The notes under the pieces are model-generated. The model worked only from the letters and a program-made list of their open reading frames with translations. It was not told the DNA's origin and ran no database searches. Position numbers and translations under genes: made by a program. From Lingula anatina (Eukaryota; Animalia; Brachiopoda): a DNA stretch of 64,000 nt. Positions 50,078-63,826 of the stretch are shown one piece after another. Location of the stretch: assembly GCA_051362555.1 (NCBI GenBank), contig CM120643.1:8556001-8620000 (forward strand), in the 5' to 3' direction. Each line of letters opens with the position of its first letter. The stretch's first letter is position 1.

Positions 50078-53000
50078 CAAAGTCAGAGTCACCTCCACCT
50101 GTCTATCTATAATAGCAGGTTACCAAGAACTGTTAACTCTATCACATTTACAGCAACTTATTCATCCTAGTGCTAGCTGACTTTGCAAGGAATTCAGTTT
50201 ATTGGAATGTATTTCTGAATAACAAGTTAAGAAAATTCACTAGTTAACTAAAGACACAAAACAACTGTCACTTTTACTTTAAAACCGTTTTGTCATTATT
50301 TTGATAAATTTAATTACAGTATTGATAAACAAAGTATCACCTTTTCAATAATTAATATTTTAAATTACAATCCATAACTGCAAGGTTGTGTCATTGACCA
50401 AAATACAACGTTGAGTCAACGTGGCTGGATCAACGTTGATTTTACCTTGAATTTAAGTAGATCAACGGCAATACAACGTATCAACCTGTTTTCAACGTTG
50501 ATTCAACGCAACTATGCCTGCTGGGAAGACTGTGGTTTAAGGGCGCAAATTGTTGTCATCAATGAAAGTAAAAACCACCATTGCAATGATTTATAGAATC
50601 AAGGAGGGGCTTGAAAGGGGGTTAATTTCATATCTTTCCAGATATTTAATTGTTCAAAATCACAGGATTAGTTCGGCTCCCATCTTAAAATTTGTTCCCT
50701 ACGCTCCTGTTCATATTTATTGTAGGTGACATGCTATGGGCAGGTGATAGGTGCGATAGTGGCTGACACCAAGACGCATGCGCAGAGTGCAGCGAAGGCC
50801 GTAAAAATTGAGTACGAAGACCTTCCAACAGTGTTCACAATAGCGGTAAGATATGATGGAAGTAATTAAGAGTTTTTATGGTAATAGAAGGTTGCTTTGG
50901 ATTTTGGAGTAGGAACGAAAACAGAGTGAAAACAAGTCTACTTCTTGAACTTCAGTTACGTTTTTTTCGTCAATCAGCATAACCCTTAGCAAAATGAAAA
51001 AATTGGAGCAATATTAGCAAAATTGCTGCAAACTAAAAGTTTGCGGAAACGAGTTTGCATGAGTTTGCAAGAAAAAAGTATTGCAGCAAATTTACTGCAA
51101 ATCGTCAAGAAGGAATTATTTGCAGTTTGCAGCAATATTGCCGCAAATTTGCTGCAAAATTTGCAGCATGTCTGATATTTTGCTAAGGGAAGTTACGGTC
51201 TGTAATTATGGTTAAAAAATTAACAGACGGCCAATTTATAGGAAGCAATTGCCAAAGAGTCTTACTACCCACACGAAACGAAGGCCCTCATCAAGTCAGG
51301 TGATATAGAGCGTGGCTTTGAGCAGGCTGACCACATCTTAGAGGGGGAGATCAAAGGAGGGGGGCAGGAACATTTTTATTTGGAGACGAATGGGGCTAGA
51401 GCAGTACCTAGAGGAGAAGATGGAGAAATTGAAATATTTTGTAGTACGCAGTCTCCGTCGACTGCTCAGGTAATGTTACAACGCGCCTCTCAATACTTTA
51501 TTGTGATGTGTACTTATTAACAGGATTGCACTTTTTCGATTTAAGCCCAATTGGACTACAGTTACGATTTGTTGCCATAGGGCACATCTTTATCTGCTGT
51601 CTCGAAAACGGTGGAGTTGATGTTAGAATTTATTTTGTCAATATTTCTCTTTTAACTGATTTTTTAAAATCCTATATCTGCCTTAAACAGGTGTTCTTTT
51701 TCTTACATTTCTTGGCAGGCTAATGTTGCTAGAGCCCTTGGCTTATCGATGAACAGAGTGTCTATCAGGACAAAAAGGATAGGTATATATCCACCTTTTA
51801 AGACGAGTAAATCCTCCGACTGAGAAATATATATCCAATTGGATAGAGCAGTTAATCTTTACCCGCATTCAACAATCACATGTAAGTTGGATATTCTTCT
51901 GAGCAGACATATCTGTTCATATCATATACGTGTATATCCAATGGTATGGTGTAACGTGTTTGTTACATGTACATATAGCCTCTATTCTTTTATGTGACTT
52001 TATGAACCTTGCTTCATTTTTTACACTTTGTGTGGCAATAATAGATTTTGGCATTTATATCTCTACAGGTGGTGGTTTTGGAGGAAAAGTAATTCGTTAT
52101 GCGACTCTGATACCAGTAGCTATCGCTGCTTTCAAGTGAGTGGAACCCGCCATTTTAGTATAAAAAAATTGTACTGTTAGTTAGCAATTTATAAACGTTT
52201 ATAAATATAGAGACTAGCGTTTACCATATTTTGAAGATATATGTTTTGAATCTATATGTATTATGAACAAAAGAAAACATTCAGTAAGCTAAGATACCAT
52301 TCCTAGACGCTATCGTACTAATTTTGGATCGAACTATCTCCAAAAAGGATTCTAGCTTAATTGCAATTTATTTAAGTGACTTAGATGTCTGTCACACCTA
52401 CTGAAGCTGATAGGGGTAATAGCTACCCTCTACCAGGGCGACTGAAAGATTTTTACGGATATTCACAGATATGTTTCTAGCTAGATAGATTGTCATTTTC
52501 AACTGAAGTCTATATACTTGTCACTTACAGGGTAAACATTGATACTATTTTTTTAACAATTATGGGGCCATCTTAAGCACACATTTATCTGTATGTTAAG
52601 TTGTTTACATTTTATTTCATGCCATACGGATAGTTTTGAAGTACAAGAGCCCAAACGAATACATGTATGTGCATAAAATGTTGATGAGCTAAACGCACGT
52701 CTCAATATACCATATCGCATTCAAAGCTTGTTAAAATGTGAAATGGCATAACTGATTATCCTGTACACTCTACACAGATGTTTTGGTTGGCAATCAAATA
52801 AAATGAAATAAAGAAGACACTATGCAAACCGACGCTATGCAGTGATATGTCATGTCATCATGTGGCCTATACTGTTTTACACAGGTTGAACCGACCAGTC
52901 CGTGGTTTGTTGGATAGAGACGAAGATATGCTGATATCAGGGGGACGACATCCTTTCCTTGGAAAGTACAAGGTACATGTATGCTGTCATTTGGTTAGAA

Positions 53001-56000
53001 TGTAACCCAGTTGCTAGCTGAATCCACTGTCATTTTGGACTCGGAATGGCTTCTTTTAAGTTTCAAATATTTACCCTCTGACCTACATGCACGGGTAAAA
53101 AATTTTCTGTGTCAAAATATTGAAGATATCATGTATACCTTGGTGTGTATCAGACAATGTTGCTGATTTTTTTGTAGTGTTTTGATGAATTTTAGGGGTA
53201 TTTAAGCAACTCAAATAATTACCTGGCTGCTTTTAAGTTTCAAATATTTAAACGGGATACCAATTAACTGACCTGCATGCACAGATAAAAAACTTCTCTG
53301 TGTCAAAATATTGAAGGTATCCTCTATCTTGTATCCTATATCTTGTAAACCTTGGTATGTACCTTGTATACCTTGATGTGTCTGTTTATTGAAGGTATCC
53401 TGTATCTTGTATACCTTGGTGTGTCTGTATATTGAAGGTATCCTGTATCTTGTATCCTGTATCTTGTATACCTTGGTGTGCATCAGGCAATGTTGTTTTT
53501 TTTTATTGTTTTAATGAGTTTTAGGCGTATTTAAGCACCTCAAATATTAAGCTTGTGTTTGTGTGTAACAACTGTTGTGATTCATTTAAAAAGTAAGCGA
53601 AACTGATACAATCAGGGGTTGGTTTTATCTTGTGTTTAATTGCTCATGAATCGAAATGCTCGTTTCAGGTTGGCATTGACAGCGTTGGTCGTTTCAAAGC
53701 CTTGGACGCCACAGTCTACTTGAATGCAGGGAATACTTCTGATTTATCTCCGAAAGTGAGTTCTAACTCCCGAATGCTTCCTATATATATTGCAATATAC
53801 TGATCAAAAAGGAAATTATATACATATACATGACTACAAAATATGTGTCCGATTTTTGTATATACAATGTAATATATTTTGACACTTTAATTTCTGTACG
53901 TTTTTTATGCTACAGGTACTAGGTGTATCATTAAACAGTTTTGACAACTGTTACCATATTCCAAACATTGTACTTACTGGTGTCCTGTGTAAGACCAACC
54001 TGCCCTCAAACACGGCATTCAGGGGGTTTGGTGCCCCTCAGTCAATGCTGGTCATGGAGAATATAATTGAAGATGTCGCCGTCAGTCTGAATGTCCCCTC
54101 ACACAGGGTAGGTATAAAATGTTACAAAGATATGTTTTGAAAATAAGATGTGTGAAATCAGGAATCCATATCATAGGTCACATAACAAACTGTATATAGC
54201 GGAGACTTTGCAGGCAAATATGGCTTATTTTGTGTTCTAATCCACATCCAGAGTGATCACTTTTATCACACAGATTTAACCTGGTTATTTGTGTTATTTA
54301 CAGTAGTTATGCTTCACTTATTCACATAACAACACCGTAAACTGTTTATTGTAACTGGATCAGGCCCTAAACTCTGCTTTTGACTAACCCAGTACGTATG
54401 TACAACTATAATGATATTTATTGTCTTATAACCTTAATATATGACGCAAGATTACCATTCAATATTGTTTTCATTTGTTGAAGGTCCGTGAGATAAACAT
54501 GTACAAGGAAAATGACCTAACCCCAAATGGTAATCGACTGATAAACTGTACTATAGACCGTTGCTGGAATGAAGTCAACAAGCAGAGTGGATTCTGCCAT
54601 AAAAAAGAAGACATTGTCAAATTTAACAGGTAATATGGCATCAAAAATAGCAGAATCGCTTTAAAACTATTTCACAATAGGCACAACAGTCGAGTGATAA
54701 TCAAAGGGTTCGATAGAAGAAATCAGTGGTGATTCCTGTTGAGGAGACATAAAGTTGTAATGCTTAGCGGATATTTGGTCCATTTTTACAGAGGCAGGCT
54801 TTTAAAACGTTGTCACAGTGTCTTTTGTTACTTTTTCCCGGGCATTTGATAATCTTGATCAATTATGAAGTAAGTTGCAGATTTATTTGGAGAGCAGTCT
54901 AAGTCAATTGACACACAACTATATATTTTCGGAGTAACGGATAGAACCAGTCGCTGAAACAGTCTGAAGAACTATCGACATGCATGTATTATATTATGTT
55001 TGAACTACATAACCTTATTTTGCCTTATCTAGTCGGACATCAAATGATATCAAAAAGCATCTGTCTGTATTTTTCTCCCCAGACTCTTCAATATTACAGA
55101 AGAATTAACTTTGATTAAAATCAATAACACAATAAAATTTCCAATGTTAACTCTGCTTTCAGAGACAACCGATGGAAGAAGCGTGGAGTTAGCTTGATTC
55201 CAACCAAGTTTCATATTTCTTTCTATAATCAGCGTTATCTAGAACAGGTGAATGAATCTATAAAATGCTCCCTTATATCATTGTACTGGTACTTGTCCAT
55301 CAAATAAAAAGGTACAATACTGTGTTTAATTGAATTCTTATATATTTTTAACATGCGCATTATCTGTCACGTTAAGCAGTCCTGTTTACGTATTTTCCAC
55401 TGTTTGTTGGTTTATTTTGTGTTTACAAGTAATTATAAATTCAATACTAAATAGCACATTCAAATTAGATGTCCTTTTCGGTTATTTTGTTTATAAATAT
55501 ATATTGTACTTTAAACGTGACTGGTATAGGCATTGTCTTACAACTTATCTCGTTTTGTCTGATTACTAGGGGGCAGCACTTGTTCATGTGTACCAAGAGG
55601 ACGGTTCAGTTCTGATAACACATGGTGGTGTAGAGATGGGACAAGGCTTGCACACTAAGATGATACAGGTAGACGATATATAAGTTGCATACTACACGGT
55701 AGTATACCCATAAAGGTGCCGTGAATGCATGCTTTAATTTGGCTTTTTTTTAATAAGCAGGAAAGGTTCATCAGCTGTAAGGCAGTGTACAGGGTATTTA
55801 GGCAATTTAAAATGTAGTAAGCTTGGTGCCATCACAGTGATAGACTGATAATGATGATATTACTGACACTAGTTTTACTTAAATGTCCTGATTTTTTGGG
55901 CTTGACTAGTATCGATTTAAATTTATAGACACATTCGCTAGCTAGACTGCTCTACCAGTGTTTAAAGTGTGTACAAAGAATCTGTCTAAAATACTTATAG

Positions 56001-57104
56001 TTGGCATGCCTTAAAGTGACTATTGACACTGAGACAAAGGCCATTGTTAAAACTTATATTTTATTTTTATGTTGATTTAAAAGAAGGGAAAAGCTGCCTT
56101 TTAGATTCTTTGTGAAACGCAACTCGGTGAAAGACAAAGCAGTTAATTTTCTGTAGACTGCAATAAAGGGCATATCCCTCTAAACGCCCCACATCCATTC
56201 AGAGGTATATATTTTCGGCATCGAACGTACATGTACGTAGGTTGGTGGCAAGGTAAAGATTGGGGTACACATTGTCCTTCAGTGGACCTCTACCCGTACT
56301 CCTTTTTGGGGGAAGAGACCAGAAAGGAATCCACCATTATATTTTGGATCCACTGTTTTATCAAGGTTGCCAGCCGAGCATTACAGGTCCCAGTCCGTAA
56401 GTTTCACATCAATGAAACCACCACCAGCTCTGTTCCTAACACCACTACCACAGCTGCCAGCACAGGATCAGACCTTAACGGCATGGCTGTATTGGTGAGT
56501 GTCCGAAATGCGATCTGACACACACCTTGAAAACGGGTAGTGTGGTCCGATATACCGGTTAATTCAGGATCCTTATGTGCCGAGTCTGGTAGTTAGGTAG
56601 GCCTGAGGCTTACCCTTTTGAATTTTAAGATCAAATGTTTTCCCCTAAAATTTTGATTGGGTTTGTGACATCAACTAAGAAATGTCTATTATTTGTCTTA
56701 TTGTAAAGAAAGGAAAACTTAAAGCATGAATTCAAATAATCATGATCAAGTCATCCAGTCATTTTCAGAAACCAGTGCATATTGTGTGAACGATTGCGTT
56801 GGTTTTAGATGAGCTTTGTTTACTGGTATTCAAATAATCATTGATATGAAGGGTACTGGGTAAATTGTTGAAAAGAAAGCGGTTAAGCTCCCTTAAAACA
56901 GTGAAAAGTAGTACACACACCTACCTCTATACCGAATTTTCTACAGAATGCATGTAAGACGATAAGACACCGACTTGAGCCGTATATAGCCGGTAATCCC
57001 GATGGATCATGGGAAGATTGGGTAAGTGACATCTGCTTGGGAATGATTATAATTAGTACATTAACGGAAATGAAAACTTATAAAAATGAATTTGATCAAT
57101 ACAC

Positions 57105-57143
<39 letters not shown>

Positions 57144-59987
57144 TTTATTTACGTCTCACGTTTAAAAATAAGATCTACCCTACTAGAGATTATGAGAGAC
57201 TAAAACCTGTGAGATAGTATAGTTAAAATTCATAAAAGTTCTTTTAAATAAATTACCTATCAATTAAACAAGAACGTTCAAGTCTCGTATACATTTTTAT
57301 CAAATTTGTTACCTCTGTGAGACGGTAGAAATAATGCTGTGAATGGACGATCACTTTGTAATCAACACACTAAAAATAATCAATATTTCATATGAAAAAG
57401 GTCTCGATATATAAAAATGAATGCTATCTATCGTAATCGCAGGTTAAAGCTGCCTATATGGACAGAATCAGCCTGTCTGCAACAGGTTACTACAAGTAAG
57501 TTACGTCTTCAAATGTGTGTTATAACACACTGGACTGAATCGGAATGGTTATAAAAACACAAATGGGACCATACCTTCAACCAATCTGCTAAATTCAGTG
57601 CAAATTTGTGTTAAACATGCTTACATTATGTTATTGCATCGATCAGAAACTTTAAAGACTATATTTTGTTTATAACCTACATGTACGTGTGTATGGACAA
57701 TGCATTTCAACTTACTATTTTTAGTGTTTCCCTAATATAAACCGTTTGTTAAAACCTTCGGTATAAGGTGGGCCTCCTCACTCCCTAATGAAAATTGAAT
57801 AAAAATATAGTAAGAAAGACTATTCAAACAAAAACAGTACAAATATGAAATGAAATGAAATTTTAATTTTTTGTCAGGCTGCGCTTTGCAATCCAAACCA
57901 GGAGATTGACATTTGTTCTTCGCCATTAAAGCTTCCTGCCTCTGAAAGTTCGGCTTCCACCAGTTAAAATGTGTTGTTTCCTTGTTATATTCAGGGTTCC
58001 CGATACCTGGGACGATAACTATGTGCCTGTAGAAGGAGAGCAAACCACGCAGAGTTACTACACATACGGCGCTGCTTGCTCCGTGGTTGAAATAGATTGC
58101 CTTACCGGAGACCATGTGGTAATGTGCTATAATTTATACTCACTGTTTTAGTGACAGTGTCGTTTTTGTGTTTATCCTTTTTAATAAAAAATAGGCAGCC
58201 TTCTTCCTAACTTCCTTTAAAATGTCAACACATTGACAATAGAGGTCCTCTATTCTGTTACAGCAAATGATCGTCATTAAACTTACTTTGGCCATAATTC
58301 TAAAAGTATGAAATGTTTATGTCCATAATAGTTTATTATTCAGTCTGTAGTATTTATTTACCCATGTTATACAATTGCGTAGGCGTCCAGCCTTAAGTCA
58401 AAGAAGAGTAAATATATATACTGACATTCTACAAATATCTCTTTATAAGGTGTTGCGAACAGATATCGTTATGGATGTTGGAAGAAGTTTGAATCCAGCC
58501 ATTGATATTGGACAGATAGAGGGAGCCTTCGCGCAGGTGATATAATAATAATAACAAAAGAAGAAAGTTAATATAATTCCTCAAAACTATTGGATTGGCT
58601 CCTATGAGTTTTGGAATTGTTGTTCTTTATTCATTGGGCAAATATTTTGGAGAGTGCTCTGTTTTTCACATAAGGATAATTTAATAGCAAGCCATCAGCT
58701 CTTTTAAAAAGCAATAGCGTTTAGAATTATTGTAGAATTCACTCCCTGGATACCACATTAAGCCGCACTAAGATGGAAGAACAAAGTCTATGAATAAAGT
58801 TAAACAAATTGTTGTTTTATGGATGCTTATAAAACTCCCAACCAGTATATCATTTCATTTTCTGTGAGGATGCATTTGCTTTTAGGGCTATGGGTTATTC
58901 ATCTCTGAACAACTGAGATACTCTTCTGAGGGAAGACTGATAACTAATGGACCAAACACATACAAGATCCCTGGTTATGGAGACATCCCTGTAGAATTCA
59001 ATGTTTCTTTACTGAAAGGTGCTTCCAATCCTAAAGCGGTATATTCTTCCAAAGTAAGGATACACAGAATCATTAAGAGTTATCTAACATTTAATTTTGC
59101 AATTTGTTGGTTGTGTACAGATAATCCCAAAATACATTATTGTAATACCACAAGTTGATTTTGAATTTTGTAGTAAAGAGAGCAATTTTTCTTAGCATTA
59201 TCTCGCATCCAGGTATTAATATAAATTTGATATCGTTTACATGTTAGAAAAAGTACCTTTGAGTAGACTTATACCGTCCGGCTCTTGTTGTTGACAGGGT
59301 ATAGGTGAACCCCCTTTGTTCCTGGCGTCCTCAGTGTTCTTTGCCATCAAGGATGCCATATCGTCTGCTAGAGCCGAGTCCGGTTTGAAAGGGAGGTTCC
59401 GATTGGACAGTCCAGCCACAGCTGAGAGGATCAGGATGGCATGTGAGGATCAGTTTACACGACAGGTAAACGTGCATTGAGAAAGGTTGCTGATGTATTG
59501 ACATCGAAAACCATTTTTCTTAGGCAATGTACTCGCGTTGATAAATGCTCCCTTATATTTTGATAACTGATTTATATGTGGAGGTTAAGACATCAGTAAT
59601 TCTTCGGTCTATATTTTTTAAATCTATTACTAGACTTATTCTAGTTTGCGGCGTCTCCCTCTCCTAGACTTCAACCGGTCGTACTTTAACTATGTAAAAT
59701 AAGGCTGCTACATAGTATTATATACTGTATCTAAGGTTATCTGAAACGTCCCAAGGCAGTTAGTTTTGAAAGTGTCTTGGTCTAAGTAGCAGAAAGAAAA
59801 AAAAAAGTTGCCTACAAAATGGAAAATTATACATTCTTCTATTTCCTTTATCTGTATTCAGAACCAGAATAGTTCATTTCAACCAACTGGCACTGGTACA
59901 TACTGACTTAAACCCCCCCTCTTCGCTTTGTTATAGTGCTCACCAAACAGCCATCATACCTTGAGGCCAAGGTTTATAGATGTGTGA
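42054..59987 (+). CDS. XDH: XDH/AOX-family molybdo-flavoenzyme, copy C (33 coding exons, apparently intact; GGKV instead of GGKE)
   Basis: ATG 42054 ([14 protein letters not shown]). Exons read in frame with the same splice positions as copy A. Terminal exon 59937-59987 ([16 protein letters not shown]). Confidence 0.93.
42481..43216. mobile_element. ~735-bp copy-C-specific insertion in intron 1 with weak terminal inverted similarity
   Basis: Flanks TAACAGATAAA / GGGCAGATTTCG are nearly contiguous in the other copies. Ends tattcatcatataattac / gtaattgtacatgtgtata are imperfectly complementary. Confidence 0.55.
44055..44389. mobile_element. TTAA-flanked MITE (Kolobok- or Crypton-associated type), copy C intron 4
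   Basis: TTAA|AGGGATAATAACTCT ... AGAGTTATTATCCTT|TTAA; empty site in copies A, B and D. Confidence 0.85.
49713..50525. mobile_element. EnSpm/CMC-like non-autonomous element with CAACGTTG palindromic subterminal repeats and an internal (TA)n, copy C intron 15
   Basis: Right end TGCCTGCTGGG, degenerate left end GCAGCGGGCA, clustered CAACGTTG(A) at both ends. Absent from A and B. Confidence 0.75.
50014..50075. repeat. (TA)n microsatellite
   Basis: Directly visible, inside the EnSpm-like element. Confidence 0.95.
53050..53545. repeat. Local tandem duplication with nested ATTGAAGGTATCCTGTATCTTGTATACCTTGG repeats, copy C intron 20
   Basis: Block ~53050-53220 is repeated at ~53228-53545 with an internal expansion. 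Confidence 0.75.
57106..57265 (-). mobile_element. Short 3' end of a LINE with a (TTA)n tail, antisense, copy C intron 27
   Basis: Minus strand reads TTTTAGTCTCTCATAATCTCTA...AATAAAA(TTA)n, matching the 3' UTR motif TTTTAGTCTCTCATAGTTCTCTA of the LINE at ~5365-5387. Absent in A and B. Confidence 0.65.
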
Positions 59988-62553
59988 ACAAGTAGGACAC
60001 GTGACTGGATGTTATAGCCAGGATTTGTTCTCTGGCAGACTTCAACTGAAACTTATCTACGGGTTAGCAGGAATATATTTGAGGACTCTTTAACTCCCGA
60101 TGATAACCGCATGACAACTCGCAACAGCAAATTGATGGTTAAGGGTTTTCTTATCGGACAACTGTAATCAGAATATAATGGCTGCCATGGATGTACTCAA
60201 GACTCTTTAAATATAATCGGTCAGAGCACATGTATGATAATGCGGTCCAGAGAACTGAGGCGTATGTTTATTCGGTTCTGTTATGATAATGATTCTATTA
60301 AACATTGTAGTTAAGTAATTGTGATTTTGTCTAGAATGCACGGGCACTATATTGACACTCACACCTAAGCGATAACCAGTGACCATACCCAAATACCTGA
60401 CCGTATTTGGAAGTTATATTATTAGGGGGCTTCTTTGTAGGTTTTCTAATTTGAAGAACTGATATCACTATCTTTTTACCATTTCGTCTTAAGACAGATG
60501 TGTACAGGATCTGCTTTTCACCTCTAATAAATGTTTTCTTGTTATCTTATAATTATAATATTGCTTTAGTGTTTACCATTACACGTATATCACTCGCGTG
60601 CATACTTATATGTATGGACACAATTCAACAAAAATGTGTTTGTTACATCAAGTTGAACAATTTTACCTTGGTAGTGGAGTTACATGGTGTTTAAAATTCA
60701 GAAATAAATACTTTTGAAAAATCTAAGGTGTCGCTTAACTTTTGAGAATCAGTACACATGTTCTAGATAACATTCATTTACATAAAGTCTAGAGACAAAA
60801 AGAGATATAAATATGCTTTACATATTTAAAAACTCAAGTTCCTTTGTTTATTTTTTTTTAATGATCTGTCCACGATATACAACTTTTTAAAGACCTACTC
60901 TTTGTATCATTATTGCTAGTAGCTCTGTCCACTCACCTGATAAAATCCCTCCGGTGCTTAATCCAATGCCCCGACCAACCAGCTGAGTGAGGAATAGACT
61001 GTAAATACTTTCTGCCCCCCCAGAACCTCGTTACAGACAGCAAACCATGCAGCAATGATGGGTCCCTGCCCGGCTCCTAGAGCTGAATTATTTTAAAAAA
61101 TCATTGATGCCCCTTTTATCAATATTGGCAAGCTGGATCATGCTATCCTTTGCTGCTAGAAAATCAGTGATACGTTTTGTAACCTCTGATGTTCAGAAAC
61201 GTATGTGTGTTGCGGTATCAATGCAACATGCTCCCCTTTTATTCTATTCGGCCACCACGCCCAAAACAGCGGACGTATTTTCCAGATGGTACCCCGAAAT
61301 ATTCGGAGTATTCTCCAGTTCTAACTTTCCCCAAACAAGAATAAGTTCAAATAAACATGAAACACCCATCCCGGATCTTCCCCGCCTCGATGCTAAAGAT
61401 ATGAATTAAATTGATAAAACCCATACACTCCTAATAGTTGTCTGTTGCTGATGAAAACTGACCACCCCAACTTTATCCAACACATGCATAATAAAATCAC
61501 TGTGACAACGTTCCAGATCTACATGTACTGAGGTTTTATCCCCAAAATCCACATAAATCATATATTGGACTGAGACGTATACGTACAATGAACATGTAGT
61601 GGAGCGCGATTTATAAGACCTGGAATAAAACCCGGGTTTACAGTGGAAACCCTGGTTGTCGTGGCGCATTTGCACCCCTAACTTTAATAATGTCTTCTTT
61701 TTTCAGTTAATTTTCATTTCGTGATTATAATCTATTAGCCTTGTAGCATAATTATTTTTACTTTCCCCGTGCCGAATTTTAATATCCCGGTGACTCCCTT
61801 CGCCACAAAAAGTTTTCATGTTATTATTAAACAGAGCAAAAATGTCTCTCTATTTCTGTAGTATTATAAATACAAGGTTATCGCAAAGATTTACTTTCGG
61901 GAGTCATCGGGGTATTCCGTACACGCGAATGCAGCATTATCAGTACACGACCTCTGTCCTACAATAAAGACGCAGAACCAATCAGTAGCAAGTTTCCATA
62001 ACACGTGACTAAGGGCAAGTCTCACTCTTGCTGCTGGTAAGATCAGACCTCAAAATTTGTCGGAGAATTTTACTTCCAATGTTGCAAAAGAATTACCAGG
62101 TAAGCACTCCGAATCTTACGCTTATTTTTATTCTTACATACAGGTACGTTGTCTCTTGTTCTTGCTTTCTCTCTTTCCATTTACTTTCTTTTCTCTTTCA
62201 CCACATTTAATAATTACATCTATATTTTCATTTAATTTTCATTACGTAATTATAATTTATTAGCCTTATCGCATAATTATCTTTACTTTCCTAGTGTCGA
62301 GTATCCCGGTGACTCCCTTTGCCTAAAGAAATTTCATGTACTAATTATTAAACGGAGCCAAAATGTCTCTCTAATTCTGTAGTATTATAATAACTCAAGT
62401 GTCAGCGAAAGGTATTTCGGTTGCGCAACGTTGTCTGCAGTGTGTCAACCCGCACGTAGACTTTCCATAACCTAGTTACTGATCAGGTCCAACTTCCTGA
62501 ACAAACATCCACCCGAAGATACGGCAGCGGCGAAGTTACTGTCAACGGGGAGC

Positions 62554-63826
62554 ATGGGCGCTGATGAGCTAGTATTTTTCGTTAATGGGAAGAAGGTATT
62601 TCAAGTTTAATGCACGCTCGCGTAATTGTTGTTACCTACTACTGATCTTTCGATTACGTAAGGATTGTTTCTTTAACTGATCATAACTGTATTCACCGGA
62701 CAAATACAGAATGCATACCTGAACTCATTTTACTTATTTTTCGTTAATGAAAAGAAGGTTTCTCAAATTTAACATACGTTCACGTACTTGTTGTAATCTA
62801 TTACTGTTCTTTAGATTACATAAGAATTGTTACTTTAACTAACCATAACTGTATCCACTGGACAAAATACGGAATGCATACTTGACAATATTTAACTCAG
62901 TTTTGGTTAAATGTTCATATTTTCAGCAACGACTACTGCACAGAACGGCAATTTCTACAGAACGTTTTTTTGCATAAGGGTGCAATGCGTACGTGATATA
63001 GGCATTTACGTTATATACGTACCAATAGCACTGCTTAAACTTGCAACATATCTATAATCTAATTCAAATAATTAATTGTTTACACTCCTAAATACGAGAG
63101 CTACCTGACTCGATAACAGATAAATTATAGAGGGCAGATTTCGTTAAATAAACATCTTTTTGCGAAACCCAGTGTGAAAGAAATTTCAATAACTGACTTC
63201 TGACTTCATAATTTATAGATAATAGAAAAGAATGCCGACCCGGAGACGACATTGCTGCAGTATCTGCGTGACATACGTATCCTTTTGGACGTGCAACATA
63301 CGGAACCATCTGTGCATAAAGTTATAACATAGCGTGAAATTGTTCTCATCGCACTTCGTCGTTTGCGAAACCATGATCAGTTTAGCTGACGGCACTCAGG
63401 AGAGACCCCACAGAGTTGGATCGGTTTACGTGGACCGATCGTGTCTGTGGGAATGTGCCCTTTCTCGTCTCTCTCTTTTCCTTGGTACAAATGTTTATCT
63501 GTCCTTTACTCCACGTATCAGTGCGTCTCCCTGGCACCAAACTTGGCTGTGGAGAAGGAGGGTGTGGTGCATGCACAGTGATGATATCAAAGTACGACCA
63601 GGAACAGGACGAAATATTGTATCCTTACACGTTACTGTTATTTCCATGGGTCTTTCCTATGAAACCTTTATGATAAGTTGATTTTATACAGATTTATTTT
63701 CCCTAACTGTTGACTTGTCATTATGCATCCAATGCGTGTCTTGTTCCAATATGCTCTCTCCATGGTCTCGCTGTCACTACAGTGGAGGGGATTGGTAGTA
63801 CGAAAACGAGGCTACACCCAGTTCAG
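62554..63826 (+). CDS. XDH: XDH/AOX-family copy D, exons 1-4 (gene continues past the window end)
   Basis: ATG 62554 [14 protein letters not shown]; exon 2 ends 63276; exon 3 63522-63618 ([14 protein letters not shown]); exon 4 63718-63826. Nearly identical to the 5' end of copy B. Confidence 0.9.

Noticed and set aside
53310-53470. Repeated GTATCCT as extra U12 donors
   Set aside because: They read GTATCCTG/C, arise from a local tandem repeat in one copy, and have no branch box partner.
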